64,000 nucleotides of DNA from Callorhinchus milii (taxonomy: Eukaryota). The notes beneath the pieces were generated by a model that did not search any database, was not told the origin of the DNA, and saw only the letters and a list, made by a program, of their open reading frames with translations. A program made the position numbers and the translations under genes. Positions 1 through 12,684 of this stretch are shown in pieces. The stretch covers positions 85,190,001 to 85,254,000 of the forward strand of contig NW_024704743.1 of NCBI RefSeq assembly GCF_018977255.1, given 5' to 3'. Every line of letters starts with the position of its first letter. The first letter of the stretch is position 1.

Positions 1-100
1 TGGCTCCAGCCTCCTGCTTGTCCCCTCCACTCACAATCGATGGCTGCGCTTTCAGCCAATCTGCCCCGTTACCTCTGGGGATTATTCTCGTTGCTCTCCT
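1..100 (+). mobile_element. Decayed L2 LINE 3' fragment
   Basis: ggctccagcctcctgcttgtcccc...cgatggctgcgctttcagcc...ctctgg resembles the GRAFS..AP.LWN-coding end of other L2 copies in the window. Confidence 0.55.
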
Positions 101-769
101 CTGCACCACATCAAGAGTCTGGTCAATGCCTTGATGACAAGACCTGCCGTACTCTATGTGAGGCCTGACGGGAACACTGCAGTACACTATAACTTGAGCC
201 TGGGGACCTTAATACCATCCATGGAGTATATGTTTACGATTCTTACTTCCTATTTGTTGTACCTTGCATTTAACCTATTGAACTTCATTCCTGGAAATTA
301 AAAAGAATTGATGGTTATTAGATGATGAAATAGATATGTGGAAGGAATTATTTGGGAATTTAGGTGGGTAGACGAGGTGAACTAATCATGTAATCCTTCC
401 TGAAGCTCTTACCTTGTTACTGTATATAATTCATTGGAGCAAAATATTGGACACTCTTTCCAGTGAGCATAAATCCTTACTTAGGACTTAGCATTTTTCT
501 TTCTCTTGCATTCTATGACGCTCTCTGTGACTGACAAAGTGGAGTGATGAATTGTGTCTCTTTTCCCCTTGTCCTTCTCAGCATGTGATTTAATGTCTGC
601 TATTTCAGTTTGACTGCTGCTATTTTCGGTTATTATGTTTTGGTGCTCACGATTGTAGGCGTGGGTAAGATATACTGACCACCATTTACTGTTTAGTGAG
701 AGAGAACTCTGGTCCCTTCCTGTCTGCCTCTCCCCTCAAGGATGAAATGGAGATGTGAAATTGTGTTTA

Positions 770-870
770 AATGTCATGGGAATGGAATTGAATGGATAGC
801 TTTTTCAGAGACCTGGCCTGGGCAGGACTGGCTGAAGGGCTTCTTTGCGTGTTCTAAAATTTTCTGATTC
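770..870 (+). mobile_element. CR1 LINE 3' UTR remnant
   Basis: ggatagctttttcagagacctggc...ggctgaagggcttctttgcgtgttctaaaattttctgattc resembles the reverse complement of the CR1 3' end at 40341-40460. Confidence 0.5.
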
Positions 871-1092
871 AATGAATTAGGAGCAGTACAGCCTTCTCGT
901 CTGAAGGATTTGTTGTGTTTGTGTATTGATTTTTTTTTTGGTTTGTTGGTTTGCCAGAAGAGGTATCACATTGGTAGGTGAGGTTCAATCAGACTTATTT
1001 TGGTGCGCGAGCAGTAGGAGAGGATTGGAGGTGGGGGGAGTTACTTTGTTGTAGTTCAACCCCACTCTCCCATTGGAAATTGAGCCTTTAGT

Positions 1093-1340
1093 CTTTCTGC
1101 ACCCACCATCTGGAACTCCACCCCGTAGCCCCTCCGACTTGCCCCATCCCTTGCCTCCTTCAAGACCCATCTCAAAACCTTCCTTTTCGTCCGCGTCTTC
1201 AGTCATCTTCCCACCACCACCTCAATTACCCATCACCCCTCTGGCTCCAGCCTGCAGCTCGGGTGCAAACCCTTCACTATCTTGTACCTTGGGACATGCT
1301 CCCAATGTGAAAGGCGCTATATAAATACAATTTGTTGTTG
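1093..1340 (+). mobile_element. L2 LINE 3' end, 5'-truncated
   Basis: ctggaactcc...cttcaagacccatctcaaaacc ORF2 end, terminal ccttgggacatgctcccaatgtgaaaggcgctatataaat stem-loop and (TTG)n tail. Confidence 0.85.
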
Positions 1341-1502
1341 TATTTCTTTTTGTTTGTTCAGAGCTCATTTGTGCTTATTTCCCAGCCCATCCGGCCCTGG
1401 CAGGATTTCTTTCTCCTCTTGTCTGTGGCGAACTTGCTGCCAACCTCTAGTGTTGTGTATATTGATGTCCGGAATGAAAATGTAATCAGCTTTTGGACAT
1501 AC

Positions 1503-1829
1503 AATAATAATGATAATTGTTGGATTTATCACGTTGTTGAGACGTCTCAAAGAGCTTCACAGAATATACTGCAAAGTGAATTGACTGTATATTTTATGGG
1601 CGAAAATGCGGCAGCCAAATGAGCACAGCAGTGTCCCACAAACAGTCATGGATTAAGTGACCAAATTAGCGCGATCCACCAATCGACAAACAACCAGGTT
1701 CCTACTTACTGCTAGGTAAACAGGCGTGTGAAGTAAGGAATCTTTCCGAAGGTTTCGCCCTCCCGGGAATCAAACCCGGGTCCTCTCGCTTGTGAGGCGA
1801 GTGCTCTAACCAATATGCTACAGAACTCC
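1503..1829 (-). mobile_element. tRNA-derived SINE, full length, variant B (CORE-like middle, L2-type tail)
   Basis: Minus-strand tRNA-like head with A/B boxes at about 1760-1829. The gcctgtttacctagcagtaagtaggaacc segment is shared with 49653-50026. (TTA)n tail. Confidence 0.85.
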
Positions 1830-4339
1830 ACGGGGGACTGTTTTTACAGACTCTCACCATCTCTGTGTGCCTTTCAAATTATTGTGGCAGGAAGAAAATT
1901 GAGAAGACTCGCACTGCTTAAAATTAATGCAAACCAACAGGAATTTGTTTGTAGATCTATAGTTTCTTACTCTGAATATTTGCACTGGGGCATAAAATGT
2001 TTGTTAGAAATGAAGGACGATGTCAATCAAGATGCACATAATTTTGTAGATAGATATTTCCAGTATTTATGGCGTGGACCCTTCTGAGCCTCTTATGTGC
2101 TCGTATAATAACATTACAGCTTTCTCACTAATAAAATGTAACACATTGTTTTACACGTGTTTTTTTATACGACTCCCCTATATAGAGGCTTACTCTTGGA
2201 ATAGCTAGAAAAATAACAAACCTGAAGGCAATCCAATCCATTAAGGTTCATCAAAAACATTTTGGAATCTGATGAATTACCTTAAACCCATCTGAAATCC
2301 AGGCTCTTGCTAACAAAAGATTGCAACAAATTTTAACTAGTAGAAATAACCAGATTTCAATAGAGCAGGGCACCCAACTGTAGTGTACAACACAAAAGTT
2401 GTTTTTTCAGCATTGGGTTAGAATTGTGCTCCTTCACTGGCTCTTCCTGCCATATGATCTGATATCACCTTAAAGTCAAGGTCACAAACTCTTAATATTT
2501 CACCCTTCTTGTCACATAAAATAAAAACTGCCATCATTCTTCAAAAGACTCAGCGTGAACTCATAATCCCTGAGATGCGCTAGTCAGTTGAAGGATATTT
2601 TATGTTTTTGTTTGACATTTGTGCTATGAGGTTGGAGTGGGCTATAGCTTATCAGCCCTTGTACTTTCCATTTCTGAACATTCAAGTGAACATGGTGCAT
2701 TAATCATGAAATTAGGTGCTGAAGGCCCTTTGACCATTTGATCTCAGATAATAATTCTACTATCTACTCTTTCCTTAAATGACTCCTAGTCTCAACTACT
2801 CTTCCTAGTAATCATCCCAGCTGTTGATTTCCCTCTGAGTAAATAATATTAACCCCCCACCCTTTCCAAATCTCTCAGCACAACTGCACAACTTCAACAG
2901 GACACTCTGTATTGGGTGGTACAAGAGCATTGCTGTCTCTAACGGCTGGATCTGATGACCAAGATCCAATGGGCAGAATGCGCATTGGAGTTTTCTTGTT
3001 CTAACCTACGAATGACAATCTTAATTCCTCGATCTGGTAAATGGTGTATTTTAATGCAACCCACGAGTGTTGTCTTATGGCAGTTCCAATGTCCACTGAA
3101 ACCAAGAACAGCATAGTGCACATATAGCTATCTATAACCACCAAACCTAATACTAATGGGCCTTTTCAAGCACAGTGATGCTATAAGTTTGAAAGCAAAT
3201 AGAAAGACCTGGCTAAGTGCAGCCAATAAATCCTGGCAGAATCTCCGAGGCAACTTTACTTAATATGCGTCACTCGCACAAGCACAGTTAATATAACAAG
3301 GTCAATATGCAATCTTTGTGGAAAGCAGGTTTGATTGTATGAATCAGTCGTGTTCCAGATTTTGTTCCTGTGCAATCAGGACCACTTACTTGCGCTGCAG
3401 CCTTTTTGCCCACTATTAGTCTACACATGGATTTCACTGAAATCATCACTCACTAAATGCCATTGATTTTAAGAAGGTTTAAGCTGCACAGCCTCCCAAT
3501 TTTAAAAATAGTACATTCTCCCCAACAACGCTATTGCCTTTCTCCCCTCACCGGTTTCTAGATTCTCCAGATTAAGTGTTGCCAAATAAAAACCCAAAGT
3601 CAATGATGTTGTTACATGGGAACACACAATTGGCAACAGACTTTAATCGATTTCATAAGATGTTGATTACCAAGCAGTGCAGGTAACATGGTACTTGTGG
3701 GTATGTTGCGTGCAGTCTTTGAGGTGTAAAATGTGGGTTTGATGAATAACTCATAATACACCAACTTTTCAAATGCATTCAGATGTTCTTAATTAACCAC
3801 CTAACCACCATGGTGATTCTGTAATACTTTTCATTGCTTTATTACATTATTTGAATGTTTAGCCCATAGACTGCTAGCCCATCTCACATTTTAGATCCCT
3901 TTGATGAGCTTTATCTGTTCTGTAAGTGGAATTTGCTGATGCATTTTTGGTATTGTTACCCAACTGCTCTTGTGCCTTTTGTGGCGGTCTTGCCATTTCT
4001 TGGCATGCTTATTCCACTAATTCTATAGATGTCTGGTCCTGCCTGCTTTAAATTGTTTAGGACTGTGGTGCAAGGAAAAAAGTGAGAAGGGGATGAAATA
4101 GCTTGTTAAAAAGTAGAGTCTTACCCTTGACTGAAAAATGTGGGTAAATAATAATCCTTGCTGCGCCTTGGGACGTCCTCCCAACGTGAAAGGCGCTTTA
4201 CAAAAGTAATTTTGTTGTTATTGTTGCATTTGATATAGCGGCTTATCACATCTTCGAGACATTTCAAAGCGCTTCACAGAATATACTATAAAGTGAATTT
4301 GACTGTATATTTTGTGGGCGAAATGGGTAACCACTAGGA

Positions 4340-4522
4340 GAGCCCTCTCTTCCTATTTTCAGGTCTCGGCTGAAGACCTTACTTTTCGACCGGGCCTTTG
4401 GTCACCTTCCTCCTCCTCCCCTTGGCTCAGCCCCGAGATCCGTTACTGTGAAGCACTGTGAAGCGCTCTGAGACGCCATCCGGCATGGAGGGCGCTATAT
4501 AAATCCAAGTTGTTGTTGTTGT
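4340..4522 (+). mobile_element. L2 LINE 3' end
   Basis: Ends gcgctctgagacgccatccggcatggagggcgctatataaatccaag(ttg)n; near reverse complement of 40822-40990. Confidence 0.85.
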
Positions 4523-4572
4523 GGAGTTAACTTTGTATGACTCGGAAACAGGAGTGCTACCAACTGAATCAG

Positions 4573-4810
4573 GTGTCAGTCTCTGAGACAGAAGGTTTAG
4601 AGTTCAAGCCCTACTTTGGGATTTTGACCTCACAATCCAAGCTAATGCTCCTATGCAGTGTGGGCTCTGCATTATTGGAGTACCATCCTTCAAATGAGAT
4701 GTTAACTCAGGCCCTGTCCACCTGATGAGGTGGTCATTAAAGATCCCATGGCACTATTTGAAAAGCGAAGAGAGTTTCACCAGATGTCCTGACTAACAAT
4801 CTCCCAAATA
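4573..4810 (+). mobile_element. Deu-domain SINE (SacSINE1/AmnSINE1-like)
   Basis: Head ctctgagacagaaggtttagagttcaagccc followed by Deu-type gatgagatgttaa...ggtggtcattaaagatcccatggcactatttgaa. Confidence 0.8.
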
Positions 4811-4829
4811 AAATTGTTATAGCCGATTG

Positions 4830-5276
4830 AACAACAACAACAACAACAACAAGATTCCATTTATTGAGCGCCTTTCACGTCGGGAGGACGTCCCAAGGCT
4901 CTGTACAGTTGGGTCAGGACCCGAGCATTGGGGAAATGGTCAGGGTGAGGGGAGGGAAGGGAGGAAGCGAGGAGGGGGTAGAGAGTTGAGAGGGGAGCTG
5001 AAGGCACGGTCAAAGAGAAAGGCCTTGTGACCGGCCTTGAAGGAGGAAAGGGAGGAGGCAAGGCGAAGGCACTGGGGGATAGAGTTCCAGAGCCTAGGGG
5101 CTGAGAGGCTGAAGACCCGTCCACCGATGGTAGGGAGGTTGGGGCGGGGGATGTGCAACAGACCGGAGCCAGAGGAACGGAGGGTACGGGCAGGTAGGTA
5201 GGGGGATAGTAGGTCGGAGAGGTAGGAGGGAGCAAGGCCGTGAATGGCCTTGTAGGTGAGGATGAGGATCTTGAAG
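4830..5276 (-). mobile_element. L2 LINE 3' end with ORF2 C-terminus
   Basis: ORF 4940-5344(-) contains FKILILTYKAIHGLAPSYLSDLL...RTLRSS...GGRVFSLSAPRLWNSIP...FKAGHKAFLF; (TTG)n tail at 4830-4850. Confidence 0.92.
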
Positions 5277-5694
5277 GTTTTTACTGGATGCATATTGGCT
5301 GTTGCTACCCTGTACAGTAAATCCTGTAATGCATTCTGAGACATTCTCGTGCTGTGGAAGGCAGGATATCAAACGTAAGGATTATTATTATGATATCTAA
5401 GACCAAATGTTAGAGGTGCACGACTTCAGGAATGCAAACTGGAGCCATGGCATGGGCTTTAGGGAGGAATAAGTGGGAAGCAGAACTAGAAAATAAAACC
5501 AAGGAAAATGCAAATCTTTTATGGACAGTTTCAAGAGCTGTTTAAAGAAAATGCACCTCCTTCAGAAACCTTAACATGAGCTAGACAATAATAAGTGTAG
5601 CTGGAGTCTTTAAAATGCTAAGACATAAATGAACAGAAGGCATTTGGGCATTGGTTTAAAATTAACAAGCCACAAGCAAGACTGGAAATAATTG

Positions 5695-6000
5695 TTTTCT
5701 CTATCTGCCAAATTTCCTCTCCTGAAGGCTGCTTTGGCTATTTGGCTCCTTTTTCTTCTACTAAAGCGCATTCCATGGTGCCTTCTGATATCTCGCCCAA
5801 GTGATCATTATTGATGTGTTGGTCTTGGCAGTGAGCATTATTCCATTGCAGAGGAAGGGGATGCATCACAGCTGAGCCTAATCCTGTCCTTGCCTGACAT
5901 CCACACATATGCAGCCTTCAGCAACAGGGCTCTGACACTCAATCAGGAGGGGTGATGCTGGCTGACTGACTTTTCCTCCCCAGTACAGGCCGGTTGTGGC
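5695..6000 (-). mobile_element. Ancient SINE, AmnSINE2-like
   Basis: Reverse complement reads gtgtggatgtcaggcaaggacaggattaggctcagctgtgatgc...cacttgggcgagatatcagaaggcaccatggaa...gccttcaggagaggaaatttggcag. Homologous to 6790-7114 and 18690-18900; family name from recall. Confidence 0.6.
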
Positions 6001-6789
6001 TCGCACAATTTCCTGGAGCCACAGAGACCATGGCTGAGAGTGACGCCTATTGTCTAGATGGCCTATGCTGACATTATGCATTAAGCTCATGTCCGTGCAG
6101 GTCCCGTTTGTGAGCAGGGATCTGAATAACTGGGACATTTTATGAAGCAGTGTCATGTAATCATCAGTTTGTTTAGAAGCTAGGAGCCAGATTAGTGACC
6201 AAATGCAGGGCCCCATATTACCCAAAAGAGAGTAGTTGCTGAAAAGAAGTCAGAGTCAGTTGGATGAGACCGTAACAAGGATGTTGCTTCAGGCTTTATG
6301 GGTTAAATGGCCTTTTCTCCACCATGTTTCATGTTCACTCAAATCTTCAGAATTCTATTTTAATTATTTAAATGGTAGCTTGCTCACGTTGTCCTGGATG
6401 TCGCTCTGACAGATTTGTATTTATAAGCAGATTTGTTAACTTGTAGTTGAATTTTTTTTTGACATATGTGGCTGTTAATTGTTTTTAAAATGTGCATTTA
6501 AAGTAATTGTTTTTTTAAGAAGAACTTAAATTACATAAAGTAAGTGCTTTTGTTCTGCTAAAGTAGTTTCATCCAAGCATGTTGAAATGTTTTTATTAAT
6601 TGAGCGCCTAAATGGTAGCATCTGCACTGAGATTTTTTTTGCCCAGTTCTGTTTCTACGGTAATGCAGAATGAATTTGTGACCACATGAATTCTCATTCA
6701 GTTATTGATCTTTGCTGTGAATCTGCATAATTTTAAGAATTGTAATGGATTTTAAGCATAAACAAAGAAACTGTGTAGTTTCACATCTG

Positions 6790-7114
6790 AAGTAGATCCA
6801 GCCTAAAGGAAGTGCCTAGTGCATTACTGAGCTGGAGCAGCAGTTGGAGCACTGGAAATGGCCTCAAACTCCAAGGGTTACAAAGGGCAAACAGTCAGGC
6901 TCCTGCTTGCTATCCAGAGACTGGCAGAAAGGGGCCGGATTTCGGGTGTGAACAGGAACTGGCTTGACTTTGATGGCCTCAGCAGTTGAACAGCTTGTTA
7001 TCACTCACTGTCCAAGCTGGCCACTGCAGTGACCTCTATTCCCATGGAACCAAGTCCACAATGGAATGAAAAAGCCTTTGGAAGAAGAAAGCAGAAAACA
7101 TTGGCAGAGAAAAA
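6790..7114 (+). mobile_element. Ancient SINE, AmnSINE2-like
   Basis: ctcctgcttgctatccagaga...cgggtgtgaacaggaactggcttgactttgatg...cactcactgtccaagctggccact...cccatggaacc...aaaacattggcagagaaaaa aligns by eye with 5695-6000(-). Confidence 0.6.
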
Positions 7115-7469
7115 TAATTCCTTGTAGAAAGTTATGAGAAGATAACTCGGTAGAAAGTTAGCATGAAAAAGATAACTAAAGCATGTTTTTTTGAAGTATC
7201 AAATCAAACAGAGAAATACATTTTACTTTCATGTCAATTCCAGAATGACTGGTTTGCCGGATGTTCTACTCTTGTTCAGTGGCTTGCTTTTCTTTCTACG
7301 TTTTTTTTCCCCCTGCTGTCCTCATCTCGTACCTCTCTTTTTTCATTGTGTGTGAGTACAAACTTGAGACGATAGGCAGGTTTTACACCCACTCATTTCA
7401 GTGGGATCACTAGTGGTCAATCTACAGTAAGAATCCCCTCATCTGTAACTAGGGAAACTAAAGCTCTAT

Positions 7470-7805
7470 ATGAGGAGAACCTGGCAAAGGTTGAAAGGAG
7501 ACCCTGATAAGAGATGTTCAGAATTTTGAAGGTATCGATGAAATAAATAGGGAGACACTATTTCCACTGTACGGTGAGTCCGTAACCAGAGGGCATTGAT
7601 TTATTATTAACAAAAAAAAGGGAGAGGTCTTGGAGAAATAAGGTTTATTAAGATGTGGAATATCCCTTCAAAAACAGTAGTTGAAGCAGAATCTATAATA
7701 GTTTTTTTTTAAAAGAGAATAGGACAAATATGTGAAAAAGAAAAGGGAATTGGATTGGACTAAATGCTCTCTCACTAGCCAACAGGGTCCTGATGGTGCT
7801 GAATG
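7470..7805 (+). mobile_element. CR1 LINE 3' end, decayed
   Basis: Encodes degenerate RLKGALIRxFRILKGIDxxNRETLFPL..ESVTRGH, followed by a CR1-type 3' UTR. Confidence 0.75.
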
Positions 7806-10529
7806 TTTATTAATTGTAGCTCTGCAGTCCTGAAGACCATACATATATTCCTTCTCATGAATGCATCACATTTCCTCTTAAATATATTGATGCTTTTTGC
7901 TTCAGACACAGCTTCAGTTAGCAAGTTCTGTGTAAAGAAAACAAGTTAATCTTTCAGAATGAGATTACTAATTTAGTGGTAGTAGTTTTGAGTTGAACCC
8001 ATTTTTTTGCTCTGGATTCAGATCTACTCGAAACTGGGATGAGATTTCCCAAATCCATTTTACTTCAGACCTTTCCTGTCAGCTAGGACAAGAGAGGAAG
8101 AGGCTTACTTCTCATTCACCTGGACTTGATTTAAGCTCAGGTCCCAGAAGTTAAAGATTAATGTCCTACCCCAAGATGGTGCCATCTGTATCCCAAGTTA
8201 AATCCCATCTTTTATAATGTTTTAATATGTTTCTAGTTGAATTATTTTCTGATAGAGATTATGTGTTTAATCAAATGTGGTGATGTATTAGGAATAATGT
8301 TTGACACTGCTGTCATTTTTAATGGAAATAATTACATCTGTGTTTTTAACCTAAAAGACGAGATTCCTAACAATTGTCAGACTTCCAATGTGGAGAAAAG
8401 GCTCTCTCAACAATAGCTGAGCCATTATACGTGTGTCATGTTTGAGATTGTGCAGTTGTTGCAGGAATCATGGAGGCGATGTAATCCATGCTGCTGGGCA
8501 CAATTCTGACTATGTTGTACTCGCCCTGCTGATGTTTAGAACTCTTCTGCATTAATAAGTCACCTGGGCTACCTTACTGAGGTGTATGAGAGTATATGAA
8601 GCTCTGTGTGTATGTGTACACACATATTATACAAATGCATGTTAGATAAACATTTGCAGTCAGCAAAGATACCTGCTATTAGCCTTAGTTCAAATACACC
8701 TGTTCTCAAAAGTATTACAACTGTGGAACAAAGGTGCCAAAGGAAGGAAGTGTTATGTAAATTAGCAATTTAAGAGCGCAATAGAATTGGGACATTTTAG
8801 GAATAGAAAAAGACCATCTGGCCCCAAAACACTGCTATTGTTTGTCTGATCTCCACCTCATCTTCCTACTCTCTCATCCCATCCCTGAATTCTGCTAAGA
8901 TGCCTTACTCCAGACAGTAGAATTGCCCCAAATGCCTGAGAAGTAGCTGTTTGGCCACCTGCCCCCCACCCCCACCCCAGCCCCGGCTGCTTCTGATACA
9001 TGAGACAGCAGCCTAGGAATTAGGGAAGAAATAACAGAAAATAATCTGTTCCTCTCAAAACAATTAGCTGTGTACTTTTAGATAATGTAGTTCAATCTGT
9101 GAAATCGGAGCATTTCTTAAAGGCTGTAATGTCTGCACACAGCAGCACAATGTAACAGTCTGGGGTCTTTTGCTAACGTAAAGGACATTGTAACGTGCGA
9201 AGAGGATTCTGCTGCAGGGTACAAATGTTTTTTGTCCCCCTCCCTATTTGATTTTCTCTGTTCCACACCATGAAATTTAAAGTTGATCAATTGTGTTTAT
9301 CAAGATTACATTCACCAGCTTCAGGGCAGGTAGAGTTGATCAGGTGGCATCTCAAGTGATTAGAACATATATATTATATTTCAGCGCAACCAACCATTGT
9401 GCACAACACATTAGCTGGACCAGATATTTCAGCGTTTTAAAAATAATAAGAACAGCTTCTGGCGCCTCATAAATCTCTTGCCTCAATTTGGCCAAAGTGC
9501 CCAAATCTGGATTTCGACCACTGCCAATCCTTTGACCTTAGCTCCACCCCTGGATCCATCTGTACTGCTGAGTTCCCAAACCTGGTCTCAGCTGAAAAAA
9601 GGTGCTGAGGGACAGCTCCACTGCCTCCACTTATGTGGTGTGGGATGGTAACAACCTCAGTGTCCAAAACCTAAGCACAAACCTTTGCATTTGCCAAGAT
9701 TTGCCTTACTGGGAATTGAGGATAGATAATTCTCTCTTGCCTTTAAACCACCGGTTTATTATCCTTTGTTACTCAGCGCAAAGTGAAGTTATTATTGGTG
9801 CTTGATCAGCTTGTATAAACAGCTTCTATCAGCTGTTACACGTAGCTTTTACATGCTGCAAGGTTCGAACACTGGCAGAGAAAGTACTATTTTGAGCAGA
9901 GTAAGTACCAAAGAGGGTACTCTTGCAAATGACAGTGTTAGGTCTCTTCGTTCCCAGTTGAGTTTGAAAGCATAGAACTTGATTGACCATCACAGAACCA
10001 ACATTGTTTGATCTGTTGGAAACTGATTAGATTTTCAAAAGGGTTTTATGTAAGTGTACGGTAGGTGAGAAAAATTCACATGTCACCCTCACTGCAAAGC
10101 TAATTATTTTACCATTTTTCAAGAACAAAATGATAATGCGGTCATCTTTACAAATGTCACTGACAGCTGCTCGTTCCACACAATTATTTTAAAGAGTTAT
10201 ATCTTCACCCACAGAACTCTTCACCCACAAAACTCCTGCTTTAATATAAAGAAAGTGTTTATTATTAAATAGATAGCATGCTCTTAGGTAGCAGTTTCCC
10301 TGGGAGATTAGGTCCTCATCACATGGGATTGTGAGCCCAGGTATCCATCATTAACAATGACAACTTGCATTTATATAGGGCCCTTCACCCAGCTTAGCAT
10401 CTCAAAGCGCTTAACAATGGCATAGTTTTACACTGAGCCGGGGAGAAAGGTGATCGTAGACAAGTTGAAGAGAGAAGGAAGTCTTCAGGTGCAATCTGTG
10501 ATGGTCAATCAAGTTCGATGGGTGAAGAT

Positions 10530-10900
10530 GGTTAAGATTATGAAAGGATTCAATACAGTGAATGTTGAGGGGCTATTTGTATTTGTTGATGGATCCCAAA
10601 TTCGAGGGCATAAGTATAAGATGGCCAGGAGTAAATCTAATTGAGAGTTTAGGAGGAACTGCTTCATACAGAGGGTAATGAGAATTGGGAACTCATAACC
10701 GGAAGTTGAGGTTGAAACAAAAAGCATCAATTAATTTAAGAGAAAAATTCATGTATGAATAGGGGAGAAGGAATAGAGGGGTGTATAGGTGAGCTGAATA
10801 GGAGCAGTAGGGGCTTGTGTTGTGGAGAATAAACACTTGCCTGAGCCTGGTTGGGCCAACTTGCCTGTTTCCATACTGCATCACTCTCTGTAACTCTGCT
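10530..10900 (+). mobile_element. CR1 LINE 3' end
   Basis: KIMKGFNTVNVEGLF...IRGHKYK...FRRNCFIQRVMRIGNS, then a 3' UTR ending gcctgtttccatactgcatcactctctgtaactct. Confidence 0.8.
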
Positions 10901-11938
10901 GAAGCAATACTCTTTAGAGAAACTATACAATGGGCATTGGTGTGTGTGTGAACCTTCTTGAAAATGGTACAATTTTATTTCAGACGCTGTCTTATCAACC
11001 ACCCATTGCAGTAATCATGGAAAGGGCAAATCCTTTTGGGGATCAGGATATTTCCAGAGGAATGCCTTTCATGAGGAGCTGGTAGCACAATGTTTGGAAG
11101 TGCAAGATCGTGGCCAGAAAGCAGAGGAAGCTTCAAATACCCTAGTGTAGAGAGAGAAATGTCAAACCATTCTGTGGAGTCGCTGTATCTAAGCAAAAAT
11201 GTTTATACTTTAATTGAACAATCTGTACCAGAGAACAGGTTAACAGTGGATGTTTTTCCCTCCCAAACCAAAAATTCCCTCCCAAACCAAAAATTATTTC
11301 ATAAAGGGCAGCCTGACATTTCCAATGACACGCACTCGGTTTGAAAATTGTAGATTTATTAGTTAACAACAGTGCTGATGGGTGAAAAGTCTGGAAAAGT
11401 AGCTTGAACTGATTTATTCTGAGATTCTGGGCTGTCAATTTCCACAGTTGTGCTGATTGTGTTGTCTTTATCTTGTCTGGTGAGCGTGACATTTAGAAAA
11501 GCTCATGATGCTAGTTTTAATCAGCCATTACCATTCATTTCACTTTCACTAATTTAGCAGATTATTGCTTTGAAGTTGGCTTTTGTTTTCAAATTAAGAC
11601 AATGAATAGGACACGTTTGGATCACAGACGAAAGATGTTTTGTTTACTCCTTGTCCGCGCTCTGTTTCAAGATAAGGACAATTTGTGCTGTGAAAGTTTA
11701 GTTTGTCACTTAACTGTCGCAGTTATCAGAGAGTCAGCCTATGCTGTGAGGTCAAAGTCATGATATTAGGCTTGAATTCACAATCTTCTGACTGAGAAGC
11801 AAGTGCTACCAGCTAAGGCAGACTAACATCTTAATTGGGTGTTTCTTTCCTTCCTTTAGAGGGGGAAGGGAGAATGGTATTGAGGCCAATGTTAGGCCAC
11901 ATGTCATGGAATGAGAATCTGTATCCTTCATGTTTTGT

Positions 11939-12265
11939 GGAGTCCTGTAGCTCAGTGGTTAGAGCACTCGCTTTGCAAGCGAGAGACCTGAGTTCAATTC
12001 CAGGCAGAGGGCGAAACCTTGGGCAAGTTTCCTTACTCCACACAGAGCCTAATAATAATCCCTCCAAAACCAAAAACAATAATAAAATTGGCATTTTCAA
12101 TCTACGACTGTTTGTGGGACATTGCTGTGCGCAATTGGCTGCCGCGTTCGCCCACAAATTTACAGTCAATTCACTTTACAGTGTATTCTGTGAAGTGCTT
12201 TGGGACGTCCTTCCGACGTGAAAAGCGCTATATCAAATGCAAGGATTATTATTATTATTATTATT
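11939..12265 (+). mobile_element. tRNA(Ala)-derived SINE, full length, variant A
   Basis: ggagtcctgtagctcagtggttagagcactcgctttgcaagcgagagacctgagttcaattcc head (A box, TGC anticodon arm, B box), L2-like tail gggacgtccttccgacgtgaaaagcgctatat and (TTA)n. Confidence 0.92.
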
Positions 12266-12334
12266 TAGCATATTGTCCTTGCCCTTTCTACGTTAATATG
12301 CTTCTGACTTGATCCATGTTTGTGGATTGACCTT

Positions 12335-12679
12335 ATATTTTGTGGGTGAAATACAGTCAGTTTGCACAAATTAATGTCCCACAAATAACCATGTATTGGG
12401 TGAACAATTTTATTTGAAGGATTGTTGACCAGGACACCATGAGAAACTCCCTTCTCTTCTCAAATAGTACCATGGGATCATTTAGCGTCCACCCAAACAA
12501 GCAGACGGGATCTTGGTTAACGTCTCATCAGAAGTACAGCACCTCTGACAATGCAGCACTCCCCCAGCACCTCATTGGAGAGTCAGCTTAGACTATGTGA
12601 TTCCAAGTCCTGATGTGGGGCTTGAGCCCACAACCTTCTGACTTAGGCGAGAGAGCTACCACTGAGTCAGACTGACACT
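12335..12679 (-). mobile_element. Deu-domain SINE
   Basis: Reverse complement of head gtgtcagtctgactcagtggtagctctctcgcctaagtcagaaggttgtgggctcaagccc plus Deu core gatgagacgttaaccaag...gatcccatggtactatttg. Confidence 0.85.
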
Positions 12680-12684
12680 GATGA

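Noticed and set aside
2241..2285. Small imperfect hairpin (similar ones near 13468, 23341 and 31663)
   Set aside because: The stems are short or bulged and expected by chance in 64 kb of AT-rich DNA.
5400..5560. Possible CR1 ORF2 fragment (DFRNANW...KWEAELENK)
   Set aside because: Too degenerate to support without a search.
11939..12012. tRNA-Ala(TGC)-like sequence (also at about 1760-1829, 49955-50026, 56408-56479 and 60950-61020)
   Set aside because: The acceptor stem does not pair, the anticodon varies between copies (TGC/CGC/CAC), and each runs into a SINE body and tail. These are SINE heads, not tRNA genes.
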